DNA of 64,000 bases from Arcticibacter sp. (GTDB lineage Bacteria > Bacteroidota > Bacteroidia > 2-12-FULL-35-15): positions 85,025 to 149,024 of the forward strand of contig JAJNQB010000014.1 of NCBI GenBank assembly GCA_021155045.1, read 5' to 3'. The notes under the pieces were generated by a model, which saw only the letters and a program-made list of their open reading frames with translations, did not search any database and had not been told where the DNA came from. The translations under genes were made by a program, and so were the position numbers. Positions 27,254-39,842 of this stretch are shown in pieces; the first letter of the stretch is position 1, and every line of letters starts with the position of its first letter.

Positions 27254-29743
27254 TTGAACTTTTTAATTAAAAATATTTTGGTTTTAGCCTCTCTCTTTTT
27301 CTTAATGGAGAGCAGTTATTCTTACGCACAAACAACAACAAAAATTACTGGAAAAATTGTAGATGCCAACACACGAGAGCCATTGCCTTTTGTAAATATT
27401 GTTTTTAAAGGAACAAGCATAGGAACTACTACGGACATTGATGGAAAATATAATTTAACTACATCTCAAAAAGTTGATTCTATTTTAGTTTCTTTTATTG
27501 GCTATTCAAAATATACTAAAGCCATTAAATATGGTGTAACTCAAGAATTAAATATTGCCTTGCAACAAGGTGTTGAGTTAAGCGTTATTGAAGTAAAACC
27601 AGGAGAAAACCCAGCACATCGCATTCTAAGAAAAATTATTGCTCACAAAGACCAAAACGACAGAGAAAAATATAGCTCTTATGAATATGAAGTATATAAT
27701 AAAGTAGAATTTGATTTGAATAACCTAAGTGAAGATTTTCAAAACAATAAATTATTAAAACCTTTTTCATTTATTTTCGAAAATATTGATAGTTCAAACA
27801 CAAAAGAAAAACCTTATTTACCTGTGTTTATGACAGAATCATTATCTGATTTTTATTATCGAAAAAATCCAAAAACAAGAAACGAAGTTATTAAAGCAAG
27901 TAAAGTTGCAGGCATTGAAAACGCTAGTGTATCGCAGTTTATGGGCGATATGTATCAAAATGTAAACATTTATGAAAATAATATTATTGTATTTGGTAAA
28001 AATTTTGTTAGCCCAATTTCTGACAATGCACTATTCTACTACAAATTTTATTTAATAGACAGTATAGATATTGATGGGCATAAATGCTACCAATTACAAT
28101 TCAAGCCAAAGAGAAAACAAGAATTAACTTTTACTGGAAATCTTTGGGCTACCGACACATCATTTGCTATCAAACAAATTGAAATGAGCATTGCCGATGA
28201 TGCAAACATTAATTTTATTAACGCAACCTATGTTGTTCAAACATACACACAAGTGGACAGCCTGTGGATGATGGAAAAAGAAAAACTAGTGATAGACTTT
28301 AACCCTTTCCCCGTTGAAAATAAAAAGAAAAAGATGATGGGGATTTATGGCAGAAAAACAGCATCCTACAATAATTTCAAAATTAATAAACCAAGAGAAG
28401 ATAAATTTTATTCGCTCACAGAAAATTTAAAAGTAAACGAAGATGCTTTTAAAAAGAATGAAGAGTTCTGGGAAACGCATCGACATGATTCTCTTTCAAA
28501 AAATGAGAAACAAATTTATCACATGGTTGATACGCTTCAATCATTGCCTATCTACAAAACATGGGTTGATGTTCTTCAAATTTTTATAACAGGCTATAAA
28601 GTAAAAGGAAATTTTGAGTATGGTCCTTATTACAATATGTTTAGCTTTAATGCAATTGAAGGAAACCGTTTCAGGTTTGGCGTTAGAACAAGTAACCAAT
28701 TTAGCAAATGGTATGAGCTAAGTGGTTATTTAGCTTATGGAACAAAAGACGAGCAGTTTAAATACCGAATGGGTGTGAGAGCATTTTTGGATAAAAATCC
28801 AAGAACAATGGTTGGTCTTTATTATAAAAACGATAATGAAATTTTAGGGCAAAGTCAAAATGGTTTTACTACTGATAATATTTTAGCTTCTGTTTTACGA
28901 ATTACTCCATTGCGAAAATTAACAAGAGTTAAAGAAGTAAATTTTTATATCGAAAGGCAATGGTTTACTGGCTTCACAAGCAGAATAAGTTTTTTCAATC
29001 GACAAATGATCCCGCTTGCCGATTTTCATTATGAATATTATAAAACATCCAACCAAATTGCTTTTAAAGATCAAATTACAACTACCGAAATACGTTTTAT
29101 GACACGCCTTGCTTACAACGAAAAATATTTGGATGGTGTTTTTAATCGTGTAAGCTTAGGAACCCGCTATCCAATTATTCAAGCACAATATACATTGGGA
29201 ATAAAAAATGTATTTAAGAGTGATTATGACTACCATAAGCTTGTTGTGAATTTGGAAGACAGAATTAGAATTAATCCAATTGGTTATTTTGACTATACCT
29301 TACAATATGGAAAAATATGGAAGCAATTACCATATCCTCTTTTAGAATTACACGGAGGCAACGAAACATATACATTTGATTATTATGCATACAACAGTAT
29401 GAATTTTTATGAATTTGTTAGCGATGAATTTGCTAGTGCTAGTCTTGAACATCATTTTGATGGTTTTTTTCTAAATCATATTCCATTAATGAAAAAATTA
29501 AAATGGCGAGAAGTTGCAGGAGCTAAGGCATTAGTAGGTAGGGTTAATTCTCAAAATAGAGCTCTTTTGATTTTTCCTAATGATTTGTACAATTTAAATA
29601 GAGTTCCTTTTTTTGAAGCAAACATAGGCATCGAAAATATTTTAAAAGTATTTCGTTTTGATGGAGTTTGGCGTTTAAGCTACTTGGATAATCCAAGAGT
29701 AACACCATTTAGCATTCGATTCTCAATGCAATTTAATTTCTAG
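27254..29743 (+). CDS. CarboxypepD_reg-like domain / DUF5686 outer-membrane protein
   Basis: Signal peptide, then a KITGKIVDANTREPLPFVNIVFKGTSIGTTTDIDGKYNL carboxypeptidase-regulatory-like domain, then a long beta-rich C-terminus. Confidence 0.65.
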   Translation: MNFLIKNILVLASLFFLMESSYSYAQTTTKITGKIVDANTREPLPFVNIVFKGTSIGTTTDIDGKYNLTTSQKVDSILVSFIGYSKYTKAIKYGVTQELNIALQQGVELSVIEVKPGENPAHRILRKIIAHKDQNDREKYSSYEYEVYNKVEFDLNNLSEDFQNNKLLKPFSFIFENIDSSNTKEKPYLPVFMTESLSDFYYRKNPKTRNEVIKASKVAGIENASVSQFMGDMYQNVNIYENNIIVFGKNFVSPISDNALFYYKFYLIDSIDIDGHKCYQLQFKPKRKQELTFTGNLWATDTSFAIKQIEMSIADDANINFINATYVVQTYTQVDSLWMMEKEKLVIDFNPFPVENKKKKMMGIYGRKTASYNNFKINKPREDKFYSLTENLKVNEDAFKKNEEFWETHRHDSLSKNEKQIYHMVDTLQSLPIYKTWVDVLQIFITGYKVKGNFEYGPYYNMFSFNAIEGNRFRFGVRTSNQFSKWYELSGYLAYGTKDEQFKYRMGVRAFLDKNPRTMVGLYYKNDNEILGQSQNGFTTDNILASVLRITPLRKLTRVKEVNFYIERQWFTGFTSRISFFNRQMIPLADFHYEYYKTSNQIAFKDQITTTEIRFMTRLAYNEKYLDGVFNRVSLGTRYPIIQAQYTLGIKNVFKSDYDYHKLVVNLEDRIRINPIGYFDYTLQYGKIWKQLPYPLLELHGGNETYTFDYYAYNSMNFYEFVSDEFASASLEHHFDGFFLNHIPLMKKLKWREVAGAKALVGRVNSQNRALLIFPNDLYNLNRVPFFEANIGIENILKVFRFDGVWRLSYLDNPRVTPFSIRFSMQFNF

Positions 29744-29750
29744 TTCACAA

Positions 29751-29782
29751 AAAAGGTTTTCATAAAATTGAAAACCTTTTTT
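29751..29782. terminator. Bidirectional terminator between the DUF5686 gene and efp
   Basis: Palindrome AAAAGGTTTTC-ATAAAATT-GAAAACCTTTT, followed by a T-run. Confidence 0.6.
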
Positions 29783-29803
29783 GAATACATTTTGTATTAA
29801 TTT

Positions 29804-30364
29804 CTATTTTACACGCTCTACATAAGCATTTGTGCGGGTATCGATTTTTATTTTTTCGCCTTCATTTACAAACAACGGAACATTCACAACAGCACCTGTT
29901 TCAAGTGTTGCTGGTTTTAATGTATTGGTAGCGGTATCACCTTTTACTCCTGGCTCAGCATACGTTATAACTAATTCAACAAACACAGGAGGTTCTGCCA
30001 AAATGGGTTCATCGCCTTCAAATGAAATTTTTACTTCCATTCCTTCTTTTAAAAATTTTAAAGCATCGCCTACCATTATACTTGGCAAATAAACTTGCTC
30101 AAATGTTTCATTGTCCATGCACACAATAAATTCTCCTTCAGGATAAATGTATTGCATCATTTTGTAATCCACACGAACTACTTCTACTGCTTCTCCAGAG
30201 CGGAAACGGTTTTCAACGATTTTACCTGATTTCAAATTACGCATACGTGCTTGATAAAATGCACGTAAATTTCCTGGTGTACGGTGTTGATATTCTTCAA
30301 TCCTACACAATTCTCCGTTAAATCGAATTACTGAACCAACTCCAATGTCGCCTGTATTTGCCAT
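29804..30364 (-). CDS. efp: Elongation factor P
   Basis: N-terminus MANTGDIGVGSVIRFNGELCRIEEYQH, with the KOW/OB architecture. Confidence 0.95.
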   Translation of the reverse strand: MANTGDIGVGSVIRFNGELCRIEEYQHRTPGNLRAFYQARMRNLKSGKIVENRFRSGEAVEVVRVDYKMMQYIYPEGEFIVCMDNETFEQVYLPSIMVGDALKFLKEGMEVKISFEGDEPILAEPPVFVELVITYAEPGVKGDTATNTLKPATLETGAVVNVPLFVNEGEKIKIDTRTNAYVERVK

Positions 30365-30439
30365 TTTTATTAAAAATTAAGTTTTAGTTTTTTTATTTAG
30401 GTATGCAAAGATATTATTTATAGCTATATGAACAAACTG

Positions 30440-31627
30440 CTACCATTTTCTATATTTTTCTGTTGTATCAAAGATATGAGACAAAATGTTTTGTTCTGTT
30501 TCGTCAAAATTCATGTTTCTTCTTTCAAAAACCCTTGTAGCCACTTCAAAAGCATCTTTTATTTTATAGGTTGAAAATCCGGCTGCCCCACCCCAAGAAT
30601 AAGAAGGAACAAAATTTCGTGGAAAACCCGAACCAAAAATATTTGCACTCACTCCTACAACAGTTCCTGTATTAAACATGGTGTTGATTCCACATTTACT
30701 ATGGTCGCCCATTATAAGTCCGCAAAATGTTAAACCAGTGGGTGTAAATCTTTCTTTGTTATAATTCCAAAGTTTTACTTCTGCATAATTATTTTTTAAA
30801 TTAGAATTATTGCTATCTGCTCCTATATTACACCATTCGCCTAAAACAGAATTTCCTAAAAACCCATCATGTGCTTTATTTGAATATCCAAAAATTACGG
30901 AGTTATTTACTTCTCCTCCAACTTTAGAGTGTGGTCCAATGGTAGTTGGTCCATATATTTTTGCACCTAATTTTAAAGTTGAGTGTTCACATAAAGCAAA
31001 TGGTCCACGAACAATTGAACCTTCCATTATTTCGGCATCTTTGCCAATATAAATAGGACCAGTACTTGCATTTAATATAGCACATTCAACCTTTGCCCCT
31101 TCTTCAACAAAAATATTTTCTACTCCAATTACTTGATTTGTTTTGCTTAATGTTAAAGATTTTTTACCAGCAGTTAATAATTCAAAATCCTCTTTTATTG
31201 CTGCTCCATTTTTTGAAAATATATCCCACAAATTTTCGACTCTCAAAGGCTTTGCATGTGATTCATACTTAGTGAAATTTTCAGCAAAAAAAATGTTATT
31301 ATCTTTAGAACTTCCAGCATTTGTAGCTATAACAACTCCCATTTCCAACAACGCTTCTTTGGGTTTTAAAGATTTTATTTCTTCCATTAATTTTGAATTA
31401 GGGCAATATGCACCATTTATCCAAATGTTATCCGTATCAATTGAAAATTCTGTTGGAAATTTTATGGAAAGATATTCTTCTGTTTTAGAAGATGTTTTTA
31501 CACCAAGAAGTTTTTCCCATTTTTCTCTTATCGTCAAAATTCCAATACGTATATCAGCCACAGGTCGCGTGTACGTTAATGGCAACAAATTGATTCTATT
31601 ACTGTCGTCAAAAAGGATGTAGTTCAT
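30440..31627 (-). CDS. Putative sugar nucleotidyltransferase/acyltransferase with a left-handed beta-helix (GlmU-like)
   Basis: Hexapeptide-repeat region (IGAKIYGPTTIGPHSKVGGEVNNSVIFG) with a nucleotidyltransferase-like N-terminus. Confidence 0.6.
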   Translation of the reverse strand: MNYILFDDSNRINLLPLTYTRPVADIRIGILTIREKWEKLLGVKTSSKTEEYLSIKFPTEFSIDTDNIWINGAYCPNSKLMEEIKSLKPKEALLEMGVVIATNAGSSKDNNIFFAENFTKYESHAKPLRVENLWDIFSKNGAAIKEDFELLTAGKKSLTLSKTNQVIGVENIFVEEGAKVECAILNASTGPIYIGKDAEIMEGSIVRGPFALCEHSTLKLGAKIYGPTTIGPHSKVGGEVNNSVIFGYSNKAHDGFLGNSVLGEWCNIGADSNNSNLKNNYAEVKLWNYNKERFTPTGLTFCGLIMGDHSKCGINTMFNTGTVVGVSANIFGSGFPRNFVPSYSWGGAAGFSTYKIKDAFEVATRVFERRNMNFDETEQNILSHIFDTTEKYRKW

Positions 31628-31633
31628 TATTAT

Positions 31634-32203
31634 TTAGTTTAAACTTACTTCAGGTTTATTTAACATAGTAATATAAGTATCAACCTGACGTAAAAAATAT
31701 TTTAATTTTTGAGTATTGTCTGAATCAATCATCATATCATAAATTTCTTCATCTTTCTCTTTATATTTTCCTACTTTAAATTTTGCTTTGGAAAGTGCTG
31801 AAATATATCTCAAAGCAAAATGATCATATATATTTAAGTCAATTAATAAATCATATTCTTCAGCAATAAAATTATTTATTATATGTGTGCTTGGTTTACC
31901 ATACCAATTTAATTCTTTTAGTGAAAAAAAATCATATTCCAATTTTGAATATGTGAGCGAAGGAATTTGCTTTGTACTAAAAAAACCTAAAACTTTAACT
32001 TTTTTAGAATGTTCTCGCAAATAAACAACATATCTTTTTACTAAATCATAATCTTCTGTGTTGGAAGCATCAAACAAGATTCCAACTGTTTTAATTTCGT
32101 TGAAATTAAATTTATTTGCCCTTGATTCACGCTTATGTTGCTTTAATTCTTGTTTTAAGGAATTGTTTGCAACCGAAAGCTTTATATTTTTAATAATTCC
32201 CAT
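31634..32203 (-). CDS. Hypothetical protein
   Basis: Open reading frame only; it is co-oriented with the neighbouring genes. Confidence 0.45.
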   Translation of the reverse strand: MGIIKNIKLSVANNSLKQELKQHKRESRANKFNFNEIKTVGILFDASNTEDYDLVKRYVVYLREHSKKVKVLGFFSTKQIPSLTYSKLEYDFFSLKELNWYGKPSTHIINNFIAEEYDLLIDLNIYDHFALRYISALSKAKFKVGKYKEKDEEIYDMMIDSDNTQKLKYFLRQVDTYITMLNKPEVSLN

Positions 32204-32216
32204 AATTTAAGCAAAG

Positions 32217-34265
<2,049 letters not shown>

Positions 34266-34274
34266 TTACTAAAT

Positions 34275-35069
34275 CTATTTTTGTTCGCCTGCACTGTTGT
34301 CTTTAAACTCTTCGTTCAACCTAAAATAAATAGGAATAAACATTTGACTTCGAACCCATTTATTTTTATGAACAGCAGGTTGCCATTTGGTTAATTCTAT
34401 TAATCGAATGGCTTCTTGGTCGCACCCTCCCCCAACGGATTTGTCAATGCCAATGTTTGTTACCATTCCACTTGGTTCAACAATAAATCTTACTTTTACT
34501 ACACCTTGAATATTTGCCAATTGAGCTTGTTTTGGATAATCTAAATTTTCTTTAATATAATCTTCGAAAGCATAATTCCCATTGTAATATATTGCTGTTT
34601 GTTCTGGAGTTTTATACAGTTTAAAAGTAGAATCAACTTTATATTCATTCCTATACTCAATTATTTTATAGCCTCTTTTTTTACAAATCTTAGCATATTT
34701 ATCTGGATAAAATTCAAAAGCAATATTCCATTGAGCTGAAACTCTTTTGCCTTCTTTAATTGCAGGCACCCATTGATATAAAGCAAAAAGTCTTAATGCT
34801 TCTGCATCTATTTCTGTGTTTACGCCAGAAGATATTTTTACATCAGTTACTGAGCTATCAGCATTTACAACAAAAGCAATATTTACTTTGCCGCCAATTT
34901 TTTTTTCAAGAGCATCAGTTGGATATAATAATTCTTGTTCAAATACTCTTTTAAATTCTATTTTGCCGCCAACATTTGAAGGAAATCCATCAACACTATA
35001 TGAAATTTGAGATTGAATTTCTGCTTGCCATAAAAAGGACAAAATACAGATAGAAATAATTTTTTTCAT
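34275..35069 (-). CDS. TonB C-terminal-domain family protein with two tandem TonB_C-like domains
   Basis: Signal peptide. GGKVNIAFVV...EF and QGVVKVRFIV...YF form a repeated TonB_C pattern. Confidence 0.6.
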   Translation of the reverse strand: MKKIISICILSFLWQAEIQSQISYSVDGFPSNVGGKIEFKRVFEQELLYPTDALEKKIGGKVNIAFVVNADSSVTDVKISSGVNTEIDAEALRLFALYQWVPAIKEGKRVSAQWNIAFEFYPDKYAKICKKRGYKIIEYRNEYKVDSTFKLYKTPEQTAIYYNGNYAFEDYIKENLDYPKQAQLANIQGVVKVRFIVEPSGMVTNIGIDKSVGGGCDQEAIRLIELTKWQPAVHKNKWVRSQMFIPIYFRLNEEFKDNSAGEQK

Positions 35070-35082
35070 TTGAAAAATAAAT

Positions 35083-35955
35083 CTAAATATTACCTTGCAA
35101 GATACGATTTTTATTGCTCAAATCTTTTAGCAACATTACATTTTTGAAGCCTTTTTGCTTCATTATATTGGCTGTTTCTTCTCCATATCTTTCATTAATT
35201 TCAAAATACAAGCTGCCATCAATTTTTAAATGTTTTAATGCGAAATCTGAAATGGCTTCGTAAAAAACCAAAGGATTTTTATCATCCACAAATAGCGCCA
35301 AATGTGGTTCAAAATCTGTTACATTTTTATTCATTTTGTTTTTCTCAGAAAAACCAATGTAAGGCGGATTACTCACAATAATATCAAAACCGCATTCAAT
35401 GGATTCAAAGGAATTTAAAGATAAAATATTATTTAAAACAAATTGAATTTCTGTTTTATTTAATTCTGAATTTTGCTTTGCAACAACAAGTGCTTTTTCA
35501 GAAACATCCATTGCATAAACTTTTGAATTTTCTATGTTCTTTTTTAAACTAATTGCAATGCAACCGCTTCCTGTTCCTATATCTAAAATAGATATCGATT
35601 TATTTTTCTTTGTATAATTTTTGATAATCAAGCTTACTAGCTCTTCTGTTTCTGGTCTCGGAATTAAAACATTTTCGTTTACTATAAATTTTAACCCATA
35701 AAAATCAGCTTCATTTAAAACATACTGAATAGGTTTGTTTTTTTTAAGTTCTTTAATTACAAAATTAATTTTTAATAATACTGATTCCGAAACCGTTTCA
35801 TCTAATTTTAAAGAAATATCGGCACGTTTTATGTTTAAATATTTTTCGAAACAAAAAACAATCATTTGTTCTATTTCACCCGATTCATATATTGGATTTA
35901 ATTCGTTTTTAAAAAAACGAATAATGTCTCTTATTTTATTTGAAGGGATTAACAC
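35083..35955 (-). CDS. prmC: Release-factor glutamine N5-methyltransferase
   Basis: NPPY motif (IVSNPPYIG) and SAM-binding DIGTGSGCIA. Confidence 0.85.
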   Translation of the reverse strand: MLIPSNKIRDIIRFFKNELNPIYESGEIEQMIVFCFEKYLNIKRADISLKLDETVSESVLLKINFVIKELKKNKPIQYVLNEADFYGLKFIVNENVLIPRPETEELVSLIIKNYTKKNKSISILDIGTGSGCIAISLKKNIENSKVYAMDVSEKALVVAKQNSELNKTEIQFVLNNILSLNSFESIECGFDIIVSNPPYIGFSEKNKMNKNVTDFEPHLALFVDDKNPLVFYEAISDFALKHLKIDGSLYFEINERYGEETANIMKQKGFKNVMLLKDLSNKNRILQGNI

Positions 35956-36021
35956 AGAATTTAAAATTACACATTTTGTTACGTATAAAACTATTACATT
36001 TACATTAATAAAGCCATTAAA

Positions 36022-36768
36022 ATGATTTTAAGAGCCGAAAAAATAGTAAAAAAATACAAAAATAGAACTGTTGCAAACGAAGTAAGTGTGCAAGTAAAAC
36101 AGGGTGAAATTGTTGGGCTTCTAGGTCCAAATGGAGCAGGAAAAACCACTTCTTTTTATATGATTGTAGGAATGGTTACTCCTAACTCAGGGCAAATTTT
36201 TTTGGATGATTTAGAGATTACCCATGAACCTATGTATAAAAGAGCTCAACTTGGGATTGGTTATTTGGCTCAAGAAGCCTCTGTTTTCAGAAAGCTAAGT
36301 GTTGAAGATAACATTCGAGCTATTTTGGAAATGACTAAATTATCAAAACAGGAACAAAATGAGAAACTAGAAGAATTGTTAAACGAATTCCATTTGCAAC
36401 ATGTTAGAAAAAATCTAGGCGATAGGCTTTCTGGAGGCGAAAGAAGAAGAACAGAAATTGCAAGATGTTTGGCATCAAATCCAAGTTTTATTTTGTTGGA
36501 CGAACCTTTTGCTGGTGTTGATCCAATTGCTGTTGAAGACATACAAAGCATAGTAGCAAAGCTAAAAGAAAGAAATATTGGCATTTTAATTACCGACCAC
36601 AACGTTCAAGAAACATTACAAATAACGGATAGGGCTTATTTATTATTTGAAGGAAAAATATTGAAAGCAGGAACTGCAGAAGAACTAGCAAATGACGAAC
36701 AAGTGAGAAAAGTATATTTAGGTCAAAATTTTGAACTCCGTAACAATAAAAAAACAGCAACCAATTAA
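36022..36768 (+). CDS. lptB: LPS export ABC transporter ATP-binding protein
   Basis: Walker [10 protein letters not shown], signature LSGGERRR, LptB-like C-terminus. Confidence 0.85.
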   Translation: MILRAEKIVKKYKNRTVANEVSVQVKQGEIVGLLGPNGAGKTTSFYMIVGMVTPNSGQIFLDDLEITHEPMYKRAQLGIGYLAQEASVFRKLSVEDNIRAILEMTKLSKQEQNEKLEELLNEFHLQHVRKNLGDRLSGGERRRTEIARCLASNPSFILLDEPFAGVDPIAVEDIQSIVAKLKERNIGILITDHNVQETLQITDRAYLLFEGKILKAGTAEELANDEQVRKVYLGQNFELRNNKKTATN

Positions 36769-36779
36769 GTTTGCTACTG

Positions 36780-36900
36780 GACAGAAATTGCCACAGTGGC
36801 GGGGTTAAATCCTCGTCCCTGTCCCCACGCACAAAAGTAAATAACATGCACAACACTTTGATTTACCACTGTCCCCGCCATTGTCGGCAATTGGTGTATA
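36780..36900. other. GC-rich structured element between convergent genes: imperfect 17-bp inverted repeat TTGCCACAGTGGCGGGG / CCCCGCCATTGTCGGCAA, ~85 nt apart, enclosing GGGGACAG-type repeats
   Basis: Read from the sequence. GC content here is far above the local ~30% average. Confidence 0.3.
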
Positions 36901-36914
36901 GGCAGGTTTTGTTT

Positions 36915-38144
36915 TTATTGCTTCATCACTTTAATTGTCTGCTTGTTTTCTTGTCCTACTTGAAAGAAATATACTCCTACGGGAAATGAACTAATGTCAA
37001 CCGTTGTAGTTTCGTTACTTAATTTACCAGTCAAAACTTGTCTGCCTAATTGGTCTGTAATAATAAAATTTGACCCTAATAATCTGCTATCTGCTGTAAT
37101 TAAAATTAGGTCGTTAGCAGGGTTAGGATAAATTGCAATATTGGTGGAATTAAATACTTGTTCATTTATTCCAACGGTTATTCCTCTTCTATAAATACCC
37201 AAATTAGGAGATACTAGGTTGTAACCAATAAATGCATATCCGTTAAACTCCATAATTTTACTTGCATTCAAATCAGAAGCAGATAAATTTCCAGTAATAT
37301 TTGTCCAAGTTGTTCCTTCATTAGATGTAACATAAACACTGTCTTTTAGTCCCCCTGAAAAATGACGAGCTTCAAGATATAAGTTTCCCCCGCTTCTATA
37401 AATTTCAAGAGGAGCTAACCCAAATACTGCTGGTTTTGTCCATACAGTCCATGTTGCACCATCATTGGCACTAGTATAAGAACCTCCCCCTTGTGCATAA
37501 TAATATAAGTTTGTTCCCATACGCCACACCATAGCTCCATTTAAATCTCCCCCTGCAATACCTGAATTTGACTGCACCCAAGTAGAGCCATTGTCAGTAG
37601 AAATAAAAACACCTCCACCAATAGAACAAGCAACTATTTTACTGTTGATTACTTCCATCCATGTAATATTTAAATTACTCAAACCACTTATAGTTTGTGT
37701 CCAATTCACACCACCGTCAGATGATTTATATATTCCTTTGTTAGAAGTATAAGCAAAGATGTCAGTTGATAAACTCATAAAGCCCCTAACGACACTCGCT
37801 GTCGGAGAGCCAACACCCACACTCCAAGCTGTTCCGTCATTCGAGGAATAATAAATACAGTCAGTTGATGCGTTAAGTCCAGAAAAATATTTTCCGCTAA
37901 AATAATAACCACATTCTGGAACATTAGAAACAATCGGAGGTGTAATTTCCGACCAATTATTCCCGTTGTCGTTGCTACGATACATTTTCCCTCCCGAAAG
38001 AGTTCCTGAAAATATATAGTTGGCAGAATGTCCAAGCGTAGTTGCTCCTTGTGATAGATTTGCAATGCCGTTGTTTACCTGTGTCCATTGAGCAAAGCAA
38101 GTAATGCTCGAAAGAAATGTAATTGTAAATAGTAATTTTTTCAT
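36915..38144 (-). CDS. T9SS cargo protein with BNR/Sortilin-like repeats and a type-A C-terminal sorting domain
   Basis: Signal peptide, then six S.DGG.WT-like BNR motifs (SNDNGNNWSEI, SSDGGVNWTQT, STDNGSTWVQS ...). The C-terminus is IYPNPANDLILI...VGVYFFQV. Confidence 0.8.
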   Translation of the reverse strand: MKKLLFTITFLSSITCFAQWTQVNNGIANLSQGATTLGHSANYIFSGTLSGGKMYRSNDNGNNWSEITPPIVSNVPECGYYFSGKYFSGLNASTDCIYYSSNDGTAWSVGVGSPTASVVRGFMSLSTDIFAYTSNKGIYKSSDGGVNWTQTISGLSNLNITWMEVINSKIVACSIGGGVFISTDNGSTWVQSNSGIAGGDLNGAMVWRMGTNLYYYAQGGGSYTSANDGATWTVWTKPAVFGLAPLEIYRSGGNLYLEARHFSGGLKDSVYVTSNEGTTWTNITGNLSASDLNASKIMEFNGYAFIGYNLVSPNLGIYRRGITVGINEQVFNSTNIAIYPNPANDLILITADSRLLGSNFIITDQLGRQVLTGKLSNETTTVDISSFPVGVYFFQVGQENKQTIKVMKQ

Positions 38145-38426
38145 TTGTTTTTGTTTTAAAGTTTAAATTGAAGATTATTTAGCGTTGTTTTATGACTGAC
38201 GGGAAAGTCAATGTGTTTTGCCAGTCGTTAAGAACTGTCAAACCGCAACAATGGTGGTTCTCGTGTCTGTCTGCTCATGCTGTGTCGTTTTTTAAACTTG
38301 CCATCACTCATTGCACATTTAATTATAACAAACTGTACTCTACAAATAAATGGTAAAATATGATAGGTATCAAATCAAAAAACATAAAATCTTACTAAAT
38401 TTGCCTACCATATAATCATTTAAGTT

Positions 38427-39842
38427 TTGAGCCAATTACATTCACTATTACAATCATTAAATAAAAACGAAATTGCTCTTATTAAATCAAAGAGACTCAT
38501 TGGAAAAGAAAAAGAGCTATTTGGTTTTATATGTAGCTATGCAAATAGCGCTCTTCCTGACACTGAAATAGTTTTAAAAAAAGTAAATCTTTCTAACAGC
38601 CATTACTACAAAATACATTCAATTCTTCTAAAAAAATGCTACGATTGGCTTGTTCCAACAAACACTTTAGACTTACTCCTGTTTTTGAAAAGAAAAAATT
38701 TATTCAATTTATTACGACACGAAATACTCGCCCAAGAAAAACATTTAAAGAAAAACATATCTGAATCCGAAATATTTTACTTAAAGTGTTTTCATCTATT
38801 TATTGACTTCCCTTACAAATACTATGACAAGGAACTAACAGATAGCTTCGGAGCAAAATATTTAAAAAACAAAAAAGTAGCAACAGAAACAGATAAGCTC
38901 TACGTAAAATACCACAAACTTTTTTCAGATGTGAATAGAATTGCTGCAAAAAAAAATCCTATTAAAGCACTTGGAATCAGTATTAATGATTTATATACTG
39001 AAGAGAAAAAGCTAGAAAAGACCACACATCACTTAGCTAAATATTATTTGTATAGAAGCATTTGTAGCTATTACACCTACTATGAAAAAAATAATTCCAA
39101 AGTAATTGAATACTTAAAAAAAGGAATTGCACTTAAAAAACACATTGCTTATTTTTTTCCTATAAATATTGTTCAATTTTTAGAACTGCTTTATGCAGAT
39201 GCATTATTCACAAACAACAATATTTCTGAAGCATCAGAAATTTACCATTCAACTTTTTCGTCAGGCGTATCAGAGGATATGTATGGTTATCATTACCACT
39301 ATGAACAATTTTGTTTAATCTTAATTATTGAAAATAAATTTGATAGTGCATTATCTATTTTAAATACAACTTTTCAGCCTTGCATAGATAATAAAATGGA
39401 TATCTATGCAACCAGGGGTGCGATGACATATGCAAAACTCTTTATTAGCAACAATGATTTGAAAAATGCGCTTACTTATTTGAATATTGCAAAAATTATA
39501 AACGAAAAAGCATTTTACCTTCCTTTTGATATCCAGTTAAGAGTGATAGAAAATATTTATTTTTTCATGAAAAAGGATTATGAGTTTGCTCACCAATTAG
39601 CCACGAAAAACATTAAATTTTTAAGAAGTCAAGAGCAAGGAAAAATATTTGATGATTATATTTTACTTTGGAAGTTCATACAGTCATTAATTAACTGCAT
39701 ATTTAAAAAAGTAGCGATGGATAAGGTGTTAGAAGATGAGTTCGAATATTTACATTTAAGATACATTAACCTTTATTGCAACTTAATTTCAAAAATTTAT
39801 TATCAAACAAAAATTGCACTAAAAATTAATTCCAAACCTTAG
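38427..39842 (+). CDS. Hypothetical all-helical protein, paralogue A (shares an N-terminal motif with 57062..58546)
   Basis: N-terminus LHSLLQSLNKNEIALIKSK versus LHQLIQSMSMSEKRYFKIY in the paralogue. It is transcribed divergently from a T9SS cargo gene. Confidence 0.55.
   Translation: MSQLHSLLQSLNKNEIALIKSKRLIGKEKELFGFICSYANSALPDTEIVLKKVNLSNSHYYKIHSILLKKCYDWLVPTNTLDLLLFLKRKNLFNLLRHEILAQEKHLKKNISESEIFYLKCFHLFIDFPYKYYDKELTDSFGAKYLKNKKVATETDKLYVKYHKLFSDVNRIAAKKNPIKALGISINDLYTEEKKLEKTTHHLAKYYLYRSICSYYTYYEKNNSKVIEYLKKGIALKKHIAYFFPINIVQFLELLYADALFTNNNISEASEIYHSTFSSGVSEDMYGYHYHYEQFCLILIIENKFDSALSILNTTFQPCIDNKMDIYATRGAMTYAKLFISNNDLKNALTYLNIAKIINEKAFYLPFDIQLRVIENIYFFMKKDYEFAHQLATKNIKFLRSQEQGKIFDDYILLWKFIQSLINCIFKKVAMDKVLEDEFEYLHLRYINLYCNLISKIYYQTKIALKINSKP

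Noticed and set aside
36780-36830. Possible tRNA-like T-arm (GGGGTTAAATCCTCG)
   Set aside because: The loop TTAAATC lacks the invariant C of the T-psi-C loop, and no acceptor or anticodon arms could be built. It is not a tRNA.
36771-36989. 72-aa ORF spanning the GC-rich lptB-downstream element
   Set aside because: It is more likely a structured non-coding element. The ORF overlaps the 3' end of the opposite-strand T9SS gene.
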